Positions 9,743 to 19,824 of a stretch of DNA of 64,000 nt are shown in pieces (within the stretch, counting starts at the first letter, position 1; each line of letters opens with the position of its first letter). The stretch is from an uncultured Eubacteriales bacterium (lineage in GTDB: Bacteria; Acidobacteriota; Aminicenantia; Aminicenantales; Aminicenantaceae): positions 12,805 through 76,804 of the forward strand of contig CAYULB010000001.1 of assembly GCA_964445575.1 (NCBI GenBank). The letters are read 5' to 3'. The notes under the pieces are model-generated. The model saw only the letters and a program-made list of their open reading frames with translations. It made no database searches and had not been told where the DNA came from. The translations under genes and the position numbers were made by a program.

Positions 9743-9779
9743 TCCTCCTGAAAATTTGTCTTCTCCCAAAGAGGATGTC

Positions 9780-10649
9780 ATGCTCTCTATAATTTTAGTC
9801 AATTATAATGGGGGAGACTTCATCCAGAAATGTCTGGATTCGATTGAGGAGAACTTATCAGAAATAAGAAGCGAAACCATTGTGATTGATAATCATTCTA
9901 CAGACGGAAGCGCACAGATAATACAGCGCAGATATCCCCATATACGTTTGTTTCGCAATTCAAAGAATCTTGGGTTTGCTAAAGCCAACAACCAAGGAAT
10001 CAAAGCCAGCAAAGGGCAGTTTGTTCTTCTCATCAATCCTGATACTTATGTTTGTCCGAATTCCCTAAAGACACTTTTAGCGGAGATGAAAGCAAATTCT
10101 GATATAGGAGCAGTGGGGCCGGCTTTAATCGATCGTAAAAATGGTTATCAGATATCATTCGGGAAAAAAGTAGGGTTTTTTTCTGAGGCAGCAAAAAAGT
10201 TGTTCTTGAACCGGTTTTTCAGATGGAGACTTCAGAAAAAGCCCAAAAGGAAAGATGTCCAATGGTTAAGCGCAGCATGCCTTATGACCCGAAAAGATGT
10301 ATTAGAGAGAGTCGGGATGTTTGATGAAAATTTTTTTCTGTATTTTGAGGATATTGACCTCTGCATGAGAATCAGAAAAAAGGGATGGAGGCTGGCGTAT
10401 CTTCCTGATGTTAAGGTTTTTCATACAGGAGGGGCGAGCACCAAGTCTCAAAAACTCAGCAGTCGGTTTGAATACAGAAAAAGTCAGCTTTATTTTTATT
10501 GGAAACACAGCAGTCTTTTTTCCTATTTTTTACTCAAAGCTTATTTATGTATTCATTTTGTTTTTATCTTGTTCCTAGGTTTTTTTAAAAAAAACAGCTC
10601 CTTTAAAAAGAGGGCTAGATTTTTCAGATTACTCGGAAGGCGGCAGTGA
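9780..10649 (+). CDS. Glycosyltransferase, GT2 family (rhamnosyltransferase-like) with a C-terminal hydrophobic tail
   Basis: ORF track 9720..10649. Likely start is ATG 9780 (MLSIILVNYNGG) with AAGAGGA 5 nt upstream. Motifs: VIDNHSTDGS, NLGFAKANN, YFEDIDLCMR. Confidence 0.85.
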   Translation: MLSIILVNYNGGDFIQKCLDSIEENLSEIRSETIVIDNHSTDGSAQIIQRRYPHIRLFRNSKNLGFAKANNQGIKASKGQFVLLINPDTYVCPNSLKTLLAEMKANSDIGAVGPALIDRKNGYQISFGKKVGFFSEAAKKLFLNRFFRWRLQKKPKRKDVQWLSAACLMTRKDVLERVGMFDENFFLYFEDIDLCMRIRKKGWRLAYLPDVKVFHTGGASTKSQKLSSRFEYRKSQLYFYWKHSSLFSYFLLKAYLCIHFVFILFLGFFKKNSSFKKRARFFRLLGRRQ

Positions 10650-11776
10650 GAAAAATCAGAGTCTTAGAGGTCATTGACAAGACATTTCTGGGAGGAGGCC
10701 AGAAAAACCTTCTTTCCTTGGCTGAAAATCTGGATAAAGAAAGATTTGATATATCTGTTTGTTCCAACCCCAAAGGGCACCTTGTGGATGAGGCATTAAA
10801 GAAAAACATCCCTCATTTTCCGGTTTCTATGAGCAAGCGCTTCAGCTTAAAACCAGTTAATGATATTGAAGACCTGCTGAAAAGGAATCGTTTTGATATC
10901 ATCCATACCCACGGAGGAGTGGCTGGTTTTTATGGAAGATGGGCTGCTCAAAAGTTCCCAAAACTGGCAGTTGTCCATACGTTGCACGGAATCCATTATT
11001 TGTATTACCGGAATGTCTTTCTGAAATATTTTTACATTTATATCGAACGAATTTTTTCAAAGTTTACGGATGCGGTGATATTTGTTTCCCAGGCAGACAA
11101 GAAAAAAGCAAGCCAGTTTAAACTGGCTTCAAGAGAGAAAATAAGATTAATCCAAAACGGCATTGATTTTTCTTGGTTTGAATCCAGGGGCCAGAAAAAA
11201 AACAAGGGAGATAAACACCAAAAAGGGCCTGTGGTAGGAACAGTGGCCCGGCTGCACCGTCAGAAAAATATTTCCCTTCTGATCAGAGCTGGACTTAGAG
11301 TCAAAAAAGAAGTTCCTGGATTGAGAATCCTGGTAGTTGGAGATGGTCCGCTGAGGAGCCATCTGGAAAAAATGAATAAAAAAATGGGGACAGATGACAC
11401 CATTTATTTCCTGGGAGAAAGGCAGGATGTGGCTGATATAATGTCTGTCTTTGATGTATTTGTACTCCCTTCCCTTTGGGAGGGCCTTCCTTATGTGCTG
11501 CTTGAAGCAGCTGCTTTAAAAAAACCTGTAATAGGTACAGATGTCGACGGGATTAGAGAAATAATAAAAAATAAAGAAACAGGCTTATTGGTCTCCCCCC
11601 ACAAGCCCGGTGAATTGGCTGATGCCATGATGAAACTGTTAAATAAAAGAGAAACGGCTGAGAGGTACGGTGCCGCTTTTTATAGGGATATGAGAGAGAA
11701 ATATTCAATTTCTCGTATGGTTAACAAAGTTCAGGACCTTTATAGGGAGCTTTTTGGTCGGATGGAAAGGGATTAA
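10646..11776 (+). CDS. Glycosyltransferase, GT4 family
   Basis: GTG start overlapping the previous stop (GTGA). Motifs: GGGQKNLLSLA, PSLWEGLPYVLLEAAALKKPVIGTDVDGIRE. Confidence 0.85.
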   Translation: MRKIRVLEVIDKTFLGGGQKNLLSLAENLDKERFDISVCSNPKGHLVDEALKKNIPHFPVSMSKRFSLKPVNDIEDLLKRNRFDIIHTHGGVAGFYGRWAAQKFPKLAVVHTLHGIHYLYYRNVFLKYFYIYIERIFSKFTDAVIFVSQADKKKASQFKLASREKIRLIQNGIDFSWFESRGQKKNKGDKHQKGPVVGTVARLHRQKNISLLIRAGLRVKKEVPGLRILVVGDGPLRSHLEKMNKKMGTDDTIYFLGERQDVADIMSVFDVFVLPSLWEGLPYVLLEAAALKKPVIGTDVDGIREIIKNKETGLLVSPHKPGELADAMMKLLNKRETAERYGAAFYRDMREKYSISRMVNKVQDLYRELFGRMERD

Positions 11777-11848
11777 ACCAAATCGATGTGAACAGAGTGA
11801 GTCTTGAGTTAGGGGAAGAGATTTTTTATCGGTTAGGATTTGAGAACG

Positions 11849-11877
11849 TTGACAATATATACCCCCCTTTTTATAAT
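11849..11877 (+). promoter_or_regulatory. Perfect-consensus sigma70 promoter (TTGACA-17-TATAAT) 8 nt from the ATG of the next GT4 gene
   Basis: TTGACA at 11849-11854, a 17-nt spacer, TATAAT at 11872-11877, ATG at 11886. There is no room for a Shine-Dalgarno. Confidence 0.6.
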
Positions 11878-11885
11878 CAAGTCCC

Positions 11886-13004
11886 ATGAATAATAAAAAA
11901 GTCGCCTTAGTGCACGATTGGCTGACCGGTCAGAGAGGAGGAGAAAAGGTATTAGAGGTTCTGTGTGAATTGTTTCCCGAGGCTCCTATTTTTACTCTTT
12001 TCCACTTTTCAGGCAGTCAAATAAATAATATTGAAAAAAAACAGATTGTCACAAGTTTTATTCAGAAACTGCCTTTTATAAAAAATAAATATAGGTATTA
12101 TCTTCCTTTATACCCTATTGCGGCAGAGCTCTTTGACCTTCAAGATTTTGATTTGGTCCTATCAAGTTCCCATTCCGCAGCCAAAGGAGTTATACCCAGG
12201 CCAGACGCTCTCCATATCAGTTACATCCATTCTCCCATGAGATATGCATGGAATCAATATTTCGCCTATTTTTCAGGAAAAAGATTGAATTTATTTTCCA
12301 AAATATTGATCCCTCCCATAATTCATTGGCTGAGAGTTTGGGATGAGTCTTCTTCTCGAAGGGTGGACCATTTTATTGCAAATTCTAGAACCGTAGCAGA
12401 GAGAATCCATAAATATTATGGAAGGGCTTCAGAAGTTATCAATCCACCGGTAGATATAGACTTTTTTCAAACCGGAAAGCATTCCGGAGATTATTATCTC
12501 ATTGTTTCTGCTCTGGTACCGTATAAGAGAGTTGGCCTTGCTGTGGAAGCCTTTAACAGGACAGGAGATAGGCTTTTGATTGTGGGAACCGGGCCTGATT
12601 ATAAAAAGCTAAAAAAAGGAGCCAAAAAAAACATAGAGTTTTTAGGACAGGTTACCTCTGAAGAACTGCTTCAAATTTACCAGGAAGCAAAAGCGCTTAT
12701 CATGCCGGGTGAAGAGGACTTTGGGATAAATTCACTGGAGTCTCAAGCATGCGGAGTTCCGGTTATTGCTTACGGACGGGGGGGAGCCACAGAAACGGTT
12801 ATTCCTGGGACAAGTGGATTGTTTTTTAAGAGACTCACTGTGGACAGCCTTGTGAGCGTTCTTGACAAGTTTAATAAGTTAGCCTTTAATAAAGCAGAGA
12901 TAAGGAAAAATACAGTCAAATATTCAAGAGAAAAATTCAAAAAAAGAATTTCCTCTTTCATTGAAGAAAAGTGGAGTGACTTCCAAGAAAAGAACAAGTT
13001 ATGA
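11886..13004 (+). CDS. Glycosyltransferase, GT4 family
   Basis: N-terminus VALVHDWLTGQRGGEKVLE and C-terminal EEDFGINSLESQACGVPVIAYGRGGATET are typical of this GT4 subgroup. Confidence 0.85.
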   Translation: MNNKKVALVHDWLTGQRGGEKVLEVLCELFPEAPIFTLFHFSGSQINNIEKKQIVTSFIQKLPFIKNKYRYYLPLYPIAAELFDLQDFDLVLSSSHSAAKGVIPRPDALHISYIHSPMRYAWNQYFAYFSGKRLNLFSKILIPPIIHWLRVWDESSSRRVDHFIANSRTVAERIHKYYGRASEVINPPVDIDFFQTGKHSGDYYLIVSALVPYKRVGLAVEAFNRTGDRLLIVGTGPDYKKLKKGAKKNIEFLGQVTSEELLQIYQEAKALIMPGEEDFGINSLESQACGVPVIAYGRGGATETVIPGTSGLFFKRLTVDSLVSVLDKFNKLAFNKAEIRKNTVKYSREKFKKRISSFIEEKWSDFQEKNKL

Positions 13005-14449
13005 TAAAAAAGCACCGAACAAAGTTGATCAGTCTCTACATCCTCAGTGATGTAATCGGGATCCTCATATCCTATTTTTATTCTTATGGTTTTCGTTTTT
13101 ATGGATATATCATTCCTGTAAATCCCCTCAAAGGGATTCCTTCTCTAAAATCATATGTGTTGGTTTTTCCCTTATTTCTCATTATCCACATGTCAATATT
13201 TTTTCTTCAGGGATTTTACAGGACACGTCTAAAAAGAACCGGAATCGAAGACTTTTTTATGATTACCCTGAACACAGTTTTTACCCTCATCATTGCCATG
13301 GGATTTTTAAATTATCTTAATGCCTACAGCCAGGGACCTGCTCCTTTATTCCAGATTGATTTTAAATTATCTCACGGCTTTTTAGGGGTTTATTTTATCA
13401 GTGTCATTTTTGTTCTGTCGTTTTTGAGAAATCAAATATATTATTTTATAAAAAGACGGTATGCCAAAGGATTGGACCTGCAGAGCATTGTGATTGTTGG
13501 AGCGGGGAAAATGGGAAAGACTATTGCCCAGAAACTGTGTCAGTACAAGGACTTGGGATTTCAAGTGAAGGGTTTTCTAGATGATGAGATGAAGAAAGGA
13601 GAAGTCATCCCTATAGGAGAAGGAATCGAGGTTTTAGGGTCTATTAAGGATTTATCTGAAGTGATTGAAAGCAAGAATATTTCCGATGTTTATGTGGCAC
13701 TTGATTTGAACAATTACCCGAAAATTTTGGAGATTTTAAAAACTATCAATAAATATGTAGTCAATGTAAGATTGATTCCTGACCTTTTTCAGCTTTTAAC
13801 CCTAAAAGCAAGAATAGAAGATTTAGATGGATTTCCTGTGATAAGCATTGATGAACCCCCCATGAGAGGCGTGATGCTCGTGGTGAAAAGGGCTATAGAT
13901 GTTTTTGTGTCGTTCTTTCTGCTGATTTTGTTGACTCCTTTATTGGTGCTTATTGTGATTGCTATCAAGTTGGATTCAAAGGGACCTGTATTGTACCATC
14001 AGGAAAGGGTAGGTCTGGACGGAAAGAAATTTGTGATGCATAAGTTCAGAACAATGATTACAGGGGCTGAGAAGAAAACCGGACCAGTGATGTGTAAACC
14101 CAATGATTCAAGAGTGACCCGAGTTGGAAAATATTTAAGAAAATTCAGCCTTGACGAACTTCCTCAAATAGTCAATGTCCTTTTAGGGGAAATGAGTTTA
14201 ATCGGACCAAGACCAGAAAGGGAAGTGTTTGTCCAAATGTTCAGGGAGAAAATGCCTAAGTATATGTTAAGGCATAAAGTAAAGTCAGGGATGACTGGTT
14301 GGGCCCAGGTTCATGGATTGAGACAAAATACAGATTATGACAAGAGGCTTGAATATGACTTTTACTATATCCAGAATTGGTCTCTTCTTCTTGATTTTAA
14401 AATTTTTTGGAAGACTCTCCGCAAAGGGTTCATCGACAAAAGGGCATAG
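13001..14449 (+). CDS. Polyprenyl-phosphate glycosylphosphotransferase (WcaJ/EpsB-type priming sugar transferase)
   Basis: N-terminal TM helices, a CoA/NAD-like GAGKMGK segment, and a C-terminal bacterial sugar transferase domain (KRAIDVFVS.., PVLYHQERVGLDGKKFVMHKFRTM, DELPQ, SLIGPRPE). Confidence 0.9.
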   Translation: MIKKHRTKLISLYILSDVIGILISYFYSYGFRFYGYIIPVNPLKGIPSLKSYVLVFPLFLIIHMSIFFLQGFYRTRLKRTGIEDFFMITLNTVFTLIIAMGFLNYLNAYSQGPAPLFQIDFKLSHGFLGVYFISVIFVLSFLRNQIYYFIKRRYAKGLDLQSIVIVGAGKMGKTIAQKLCQYKDLGFQVKGFLDDEMKKGEVIPIGEGIEVLGSIKDLSEVIESKNISDVYVALDLNNYPKILEILKTINKYVVNVRLIPDLFQLLTLKARIEDLDGFPVISIDEPPMRGVMLVVKRAIDVFVSFFLLILLTPLLVLIVIAIKLDSKGPVLYHQERVGLDGKKFVMHKFRTMITGAEKKTGPVMCKPNDSRVTRVGKYLRKFSLDELPQIVNVLLGEMSLIGPRPEREVFVQMFREKMPKYMLRHKVKSGMTGWAQVHGLRQNTDYDKRLEYDFYYIQNWSLLLDFKIFWKTLRKGFIDKRA

Positions 14450-14470
14450 AGATATTTCCGATGAGGGTAA

Positions 14471-15073
14471 TCAAATTTTTCCTCGGGATTTAGATTCAGA
14501 AAGCCATCTAATGCCTAGGTATGTGTAATGAATGCCTGAGACAACAGTCATCACAAACGTAAGAATGGAAAGAGGGAGAAGAAGATCTGATTTTGTATCC
14601 ATCATATTGAATAAAAGCACAAAGAGAGGAATGGACATCTGAAAAGCTGTGCTGATTTTGCCTGTAACAGTAGGGGGAAATTTTTTCCGGCCTGTCACTT
14701 TAAAGGCAGCAAAGGCCCCGAGAACTATGTATAGGTCCCGGGCTATAACGCCTGCGGTTAACCATAGGGGAATGACATTAGGATGATTGACAGAAGGGAT
14801 AGAAAGAGAAATAAATGCTAGGGTCATTAGTATTTTGTCCCCCATGGGATCAAGCAATGCCCCGAGGTTTGACCTCTGATTAAAAATCCTTGCCACGGCT
14901 CCGTCAAAAAAGTCGGTAGAAATGGCGATGATAAAAATTATAAAGGCTTCTCTGGGTTTTCTGGTTAGAATAAAGTACAAAAAGACAGGGCTCAATACCA
15001 GCCGGGCAATGGATATGATATTGGGTACTGTGAGAACAGCACTTTGTTTTTTGCTTTTAGTTGTTTCAGTCAA
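14471..15073 (-). CDS. CDP-alcohol phosphatidyltransferase family protein (PgsA-like)
   Basis: DFFDGAVAR..GALLDPMGDK matches the D-x2-DG-x2-AR...G-x3-D-x3-D signature. Multi-pass membrane protein. Confidence 0.85.
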   Translation of the reverse strand: MTETTKSKKQSAVLTVPNIISIARLVLSPVFLYFILTRKPREAFIIFIIAISTDFFDGAVARIFNQRSNLGALLDPMGDKILMTLAFISLSIPSVNHPNVIPLWLTAGVIARDLYIVLGAFAAFKVTGRKKFPPTVTGKISTAFQMSIPLFVLLFNMMDTKSDLLLPLSILTFVMTVVSGIHYTYLGIRWLSESKSRGKI

Positions 15074-15088
15074 ATTTGATTTATCTTT

Positions 15089-16414
15089 CTATTTTATCAA
15101 AGATAGCAGTATATTTATCGCTTTGATGGCATTTTGTCCAGATACAGGATCTTCAGGATTAAAGTTTCCTCCCGTTGAGGTGTTGAGAATTCCGTATGAG
15201 ATCGCCATAGTAATCGGCCGGTAGTAAAAATTGTTGGGCGGGACATCAGGAAGCTGTATGGATTGGGGAGGTATTTGCTGAACGAGTGAATAGCCTTGCT
15301 TTTTGAGATAATTTATGAGACTGTACATGATTTCTGCTAACTCAGATCGGGTGATTATTTTTTTAGGTTTGAAAGTGTGGTTGGGATAAATACTGAGAAT
15401 ATCCATAGATGTCAATTTGAGAATATATTTTGACGCCCAAGATGTTGAAATATCAATGATTATGGAAGGTTCTTTTTCTAAATCTTCAAGATAATTCTGG
15501 AACTTTACTCCGATTAGGCCTGCTATATCTTCTTTAGTGATGGCTTCCTGGGAAGGAATAGCGTCGTACTGGCTGGGCAGCTCAAAGATCCCCAACCTGT
15601 TCCTCAATTGTTCAATGCGTTTGTTGATTTCTTGATTTTCGGGTTCCAGCTCTTTTAAATCTTTGTAGACTTCAAAGCTCTTTTTGAAATCTTCAATCTG
15701 AAACAAGGCTTCAGCATAAGATCTCAAAAAGTCTTTATTTTTTGGCTGTGAGGACAATAAAGTTTTAAGGTGTATGATCGCTCTTTCATATTTTTGTTGT
15801 TTTGTATAAATATCAGCAAGAGCAGAATGAGCTTCTACAGATTCAGGAGAATAATAAAGAGCTTTCAGGTAAGTTTTTTCACTGGCAGATATCTCCTCAT
15901 TATCCAAAAGGTTTTTTGCGCTCTTTAGAGTTTGTTTGGTTTTTTCTTCTTTAATCTCCTCATATCTGGCCTTTGCCCAGGGATGGCCAGGCTCTTTCTT
16001 TAACACTTCTCTATATTCAATAAAAGCAAGGTCATCTTTTTGAATTTTTTGATAAAGTTGAGCAAGGCCCAGATGGTTGAGAGAGACGTCAGGATATTTT
16101 TTGATAGCTGTTTTAAAGTAATGTTCGGCTGACTGCATGTCGTTGAGCAGGTAATGAGCGTATGCTGATAGAGTGAAGTAAAAAGGACTATCCGGATCTA
16201 ATTTTGAAATTTGATTGATGGCTTTTCTCCCGTTTCCCTTTTTTATCTCCTTCCAGGCATCTTCAACGATTATTCTTTCATCAAGAGAGAGTTCTGATAT
16301 CTTAAACGGGGGAAGGCTGCCTGTATAGATTTGAGGAGTGGGAATCTGTTCAATTTGACAACCTACCAAAACAGTAACGACCAATATAGAAATAAAAAAT
16401 ATTCTTTTTGTCAC
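15089..16414 (-). CDS. Lipoprotein with TPR repeats and two C-terminal SLH (S-layer homology) domains
   Basis: Lipobox VLVGC near the N-terminus. The central part is TPR-like. SLH-like segments: [43 protein letters not shown] and [40 protein letters not shown] start overlaps the hflX stop. Confidence 0.7.
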   Translation of the reverse strand: MTKRIFFISILVVTVLVGCQIEQIPTPQIYTGSLPPFKISELSLDERIIVEDAWKEIKKGNGRKAINQISKLDPDSPFYFTLSAYAHYLLNDMQSAEHYFKTAIKKYPDVSLNHLGLAQLYQKIQKDDLAFIEYREVLKKEPGHPWAKARYEEIKEEKTKQTLKSAKNLLDNEEISASEKTYLKALYYSPESVEAHSALADIYTKQQKYERAIIHLKTLLSSQPKNKDFLRSYAEALFQIEDFKKSFEVYKDLKELEPENQEINKRIEQLRNRLGIFELPSQYDAIPSQEAITKEDIAGLIGVKFQNYLEDLEKEPSIIIDISTSWASKYILKLTSMDILSIYPNHTFKPKKIITRSELAEIMYSLINYLKKQGYSLVQQIPPQSIQLPDVPPNNFYYRPITMAISYGILNTSTGGNFNPEDPVSGQNAIKAINILLSLIK

Positions 16415-17670
16415 TTGTTATCTCCTTTTTGCATAAAGGGCAAAAAATTTATCATTTTTCCTGGCTCTGCTAAAATTTTTAAAAAGCAATTATCATTGTT
16501 TTCTCTCTTTTTTAACACAATTGACCATTTAGGAAAAGAATGAATTAAATTTTTTTTAGTTTTAGGAATACAAAGTTCAAATGTCTTAAGTCCTTTGAAA
16601 ACAATGGAGCTTATTTTCTCTTTAAGACTTTTGATTCCCAAGTCATGTTTTGCAGAAATATAGACATTATCTGGACTTAAGTCATCATTTTTCGCTAGAA
16701 GGTCAATTTTATTACTGAGAAGGTCAATTTTATTATAGGCTTTTATCACAGGGATATCCTGAACTCCGATTTCAGATAAAGTTTTTTCCACGGATTTTAT
16801 TTGGCTGGTGGAATGCTCTGAGGTGAAATCAATCACATGGCATATGCAGGTGGCTTCCTTGACTTCTTCAAGGGTGGCCTGAAATGCTGACTTTAACTCC
16901 ACAGGAAGATTCCGAATGAATCCCACTGTATCGCTTAAAAAGAAGAAGCTTCCGTCCGGGAGATTTACGCGACGGATTACTGGGTCAAGAGTAGCGAAAA
17001 GCTGATCAGAAACAACTTTGTTCTCATGAGCCAAAAGGTTGAATAAGGTTGATTTTCCTGCATTGGTGTATCCAACGATGGAGACCGCAGGAATAGGTCC
17101 TCTACCCCGGCTTTTTCTCTGATTCAAACGCCGTTTTTGTATTTTTTTTATGTCTTTTTTGATTTTGGCAATCCGGTCCTGTATTCTCCGGCGGTCTTCT
17201 TCGAGTTTCATTTCTCCGGGTCCTCTGGTTCCAATCCCTCCCCCTAATCGAGACAGGGCTGTTCCTTTTCCGGTTAATCTGGGCAGCATGTAGTTGAGCT
17301 GTGCCAGTTCGACTTGAAGTTTTCCCTCGTTGCTGTGGGCCCTTTGGGCAAATATGTCCAAAATAAGTTGGTTTCTGTCAATCACTTTACACTTTGTTTT
17401 TTCTTCAAGGGCATGCTGCTGCACCGGGGATAAAGTTTGGTCAAATACAATGAGGTTAGCATTGAACTGGCTCGCTAAGTCTTTGAGCTCTTCAGCCTTG
17501 CCTTCACCGATTAAAAATTTAGGATGGATACTTTGTTTGTATTGAAATTGTTTTTGTATGGTTTTTGCTCCTGCAGCCCTGACCAATCCACTGAGTTCTT
17601 CTAAAGATTCTTCTGATTTTAATTTTTCTTTTTTATTTGTAGAAAGATTGATGATTATTGCTTTTTCCAT
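16411..17670 (-). CDS. hflX: GTPase HflX
   Basis: HflX N-terminal domain, then [12 protein letters not shown] (G1), DTVGF (G3) and NKID (G4). Confidence 0.9.
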   Translation of the reverse strand: MEKAIIINLSTNKKEKLKSEESLEELSGLVRAAGAKTIQKQFQYKQSIHPKFLIGEGKAEELKDLASQFNANLIVFDQTLSPVQQHALEEKTKCKVIDRNQLILDIFAQRAHSNEGKLQVELAQLNYMLPRLTGKGTALSRLGGGIGTRGPGEMKLEEDRRRIQDRIAKIKKDIKKIQKRRLNQRKSRGRGPIPAVSIVGYTNAGKSTLFNLLAHENKVVSDQLFATLDPVIRRVNLPDGSFFFLSDTVGFIRNLPVELKSAFQATLEEVKEATCICHVIDFTSEHSTSQIKSVEKTLSEIGVQDIPVIKAYNKIDLLSNKIDLLAKNDDLSPDNVYISAKHDLGIKSLKEKISSIVFKGLKTFELCIPKTKKNLIHSFPKWSIVLKKRENNDNCFLKILAEPGKMINFLPFMQKGDNK

Positions 17671-18593
17671 TTGATTAAGTTGCTTGAAATATATTTTTTT
17701 ATGGATTCATAGTCATAAGGAGAAAACCATTGGATCCCTTTCATCTTTTTGAACCAAGTTATTTGACGTTTGGCATAATGACGGGTTGATTTTTTAGTGG
17801 ATTTTATGGCTTCTTCTAAACTGATTTCATTTTTTAAATATTTGAGTATGTGTTGGTATCCTATAGCTCTAAATGGTGGAGCGTCTTCTTTGACTCCTGA
17901 TTCCAAGAGCTTTTTAACTTCTTCAACTATACCTTTTTCAAACATTCTGTCAACCCTGGCCTCTATTCTTTGATAAAGGCTTTTTCTATCAATAATGAGT
18001 CCTATTTTGATGACATTCTGGTCATCAACAAATGATTTTGTCTCCGCAAAATGTTCGGATATTGGCTTTTTGGTGGTGCGAAAGACTTCAAGGGCTCTGA
18101 TGATTCTTATTCGATCGTTTTTACCTATTTTTCGGTAATATTCCGGATCAACTTTTTTGAGTTCCTCTCCCAGCTTTTCAAGACCGTATTTATCAGCTTC
18201 TTTTTCCAAAAGACGGCGAACAGAAAGGTCTTTTTGTTTTTCTGGAAACAATCCCTCCAAGAGAGCCTTGATGTACAGGCCGGTTCCCCCTGTTATGACA
18301 GGGAGTTTGTTCTTTTTATGGATAGATTCAATCGCTTTTAAAGAAAGTCGGACAAAATCTGCAGCTGTAAATTGAGTGGAAGGATCCATGATGCTTATCA
18401 GGTGATGGGGTATGTTTTTTCTTTTTTCTGGAGGGATTTTATCTGTTCCGATATCAAAGCCTTGGTAAACCTGCGAGGAGTCACAATTTATGACTTCTCC
18501 GTTAAAATGGCTGGCACATTTTAGGGCGGTGGTACTTTTTCCCACACAAGTGGGACCGACAATCATGAGAAGATTTTTAGTTTTATATTCCAA
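17655..18593 (-). CDS. miaA: tRNA dimethylallyltransferase
   Basis: [10 protein letters not shown]-loop, PHHLI, GGTGLY. Overall MiaA layout. Confidence 0.9.
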   Translation of the reverse strand: MEYKTKNLLMIVGPTCVGKSTTALKCASHFNGEVINCDSSQVYQGFDIGTDKIPPEKRKNIPHHLISIMDPSTQFTAADFVRLSLKAIESIHKKNKLPVITGGTGLYIKALLEGLFPEKQKDLSVRRLLEKEADKYGLEKLGEELKKVDPEYYRKIGKNDRIRIIRALEVFRTTKKPISEHFAETKSFVDDQNVIKIGLIIDRKSLYQRIEARVDRMFEKGIVEEVKKLLESGVKEDAPPFRAIGYQHILKYLKNEISLEEAIKSTKKSTRHYAKRQITWFKKMKGIQWFSPYDYESIKKYISSNLIKWKKQ

Positions 18594-18641
18594 TTTTAAT
18601 AATAAGCAGTATGGCTAGGGCAGTGATGAGGATTAAAAGAC

Positions 18642-19760
18642 CTAAGATTTGGTTTTTTTTGAATTCCATTTTCCAATTTTTTTTAAGTTTTTGGCCACTC
18701 TAGATTCATGCTCGTTTCCAAGCGTTTTTTTTACCGTTAGAAGCTCTGCATTGAGGATTTCATTCAGAGCTTTTAAAAAGTCTTCTCCTTTAATTTCTCC
18801 TGGAAGACTGGGATTGGTAGAGGGAGTGGAGCTTATGTACACTGTACCATCCTGGGATAAACTGATGTTCTGAAGCTGGGGAGGCAGATTTGCTTTTGCA
18901 TCTTTAAGACATTTCTCTAGAACACTGGCAGCAACAGGGCCAATTTCTTTGGATATGTATTTGAATATGTAAAAACATTTTTTATTAAAAGATTCAAGGA
19001 TATGGTTCAGTTCGACTTTAGATAATTCCTGAGTAATGTGATTTAAGGTTTTACGAGAAGGGCCTGCTATTTTTAGGCACTGAAATAAGTAAATCATTCT
19101 GTTTGTTTCTTTTTTCCCCATTTCACTGATTTGGTACAGGTCATTTAATTTTATTTTATCTTTGATGAGATTTAAAAGGTAAATCTCATTGGAATTCAGC
19201 TCAGAATTCAAAAAAGATTTGTTTGGATAAATATGGATCGATTCATCTGACGAAGGCATATGAGAGTTTATGATATCATGGTTTTTCATGTGATATATGC
19301 CTTTTCGGATGATTTTGGGTGTGGAGATAGAAACGAGTATTTCTGATTTGTTTTGTTCTTGGGCAGAGTCAAAAAAATATTCGGCTTTTTCCCAATCAAA
19401 TAAAGGAAGAATTTCATTTATGAAAAAGAGCTCGAGAGATTCCCATAGCATTAAAGAGGAGACAATGTTCAGCTCTATGAGCGCTTTAATCAGGGAAGTT
19501 TTTTGGGATTTTGCAAAGTTTTGGCATTTTTTTATATTTGATGGAGAAATTTGCTTCTCATTTTGCAGAAAACGTGAAAAAATTTTGTAATCTAGCATAG
19601 AGGAGCTCACTATGATGTCACCCTCAAAAAATTCAATTTTTTTGGAGGTGTCATTCTTTTTGATATCAAGATGGCCTGTTCTTTTCGAACTCCAGACTCG
19701 AGAGAGCAGATAAGGGAAAGGAGATTCTGTCAAATTTCCATTCAGCCATACTTTTTCCAT
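18642..19760 (-). CDS. Hypothetical protein with an N-terminal DUF4388 (PATAN-like) domain
   Basis: The N-terminus GNLTESPFPYLLSRVWSSKRTGHLDIKKND..IEFFEGDIIVSSS resembles the DUF4388 signature. The rest is not recognised. Confidence 0.55.
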   Translation of the reverse strand: MEKVWLNGNLTESPFPYLLSRVWSSKRTGHLDIKKNDTSKKIEFFEGDIIVSSSMLDYKIFSRFLQNEKQISPSNIKKCQNFAKSQKTSLIKALIELNIVSSLMLWESLELFFINEILPLFDWEKAEYFFDSAQEQNKSEILVSISTPKIIRKGIYHMKNHDIINSHMPSSDESIHIYPNKSFLNSELNSNEIYLLNLIKDKIKLNDLYQISEMGKKETNRMIYLFQCLKIAGPSRKTLNHITQELSKVELNHILESFNKKCFYIFKYISKEIGPVAASVLEKCLKDAKANLPPQLQNISLSQDGTVYISSTPSTNPSLPGEIKGEDFLKALNEILNAELLTVKKTLGNEHESRVAKNLKKIGKWNSKKTKS

Positions 19761-19766
19761 AAATAT

Positions 19767-19795
19767 ACTTTATAAATGAATGGATATTATGTCAA
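19767..19795 (-). promoter_or_regulatory. Sigma70-like promoter abutting the DUF4388 gene (TTGACA-17-TAAAGT, 6 nt to ATG)
   Basis: On the minus strand, TTGACA is the reverse complement of 19790-19795 and TAAAGT that of 19767-19772. The ATG is the reverse complement of 19758-19760. Confidence 0.4.
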
Positions 19796-19824
19796 ACGGT
19801 TAGAAAATTTAAGGACGATTCAGG

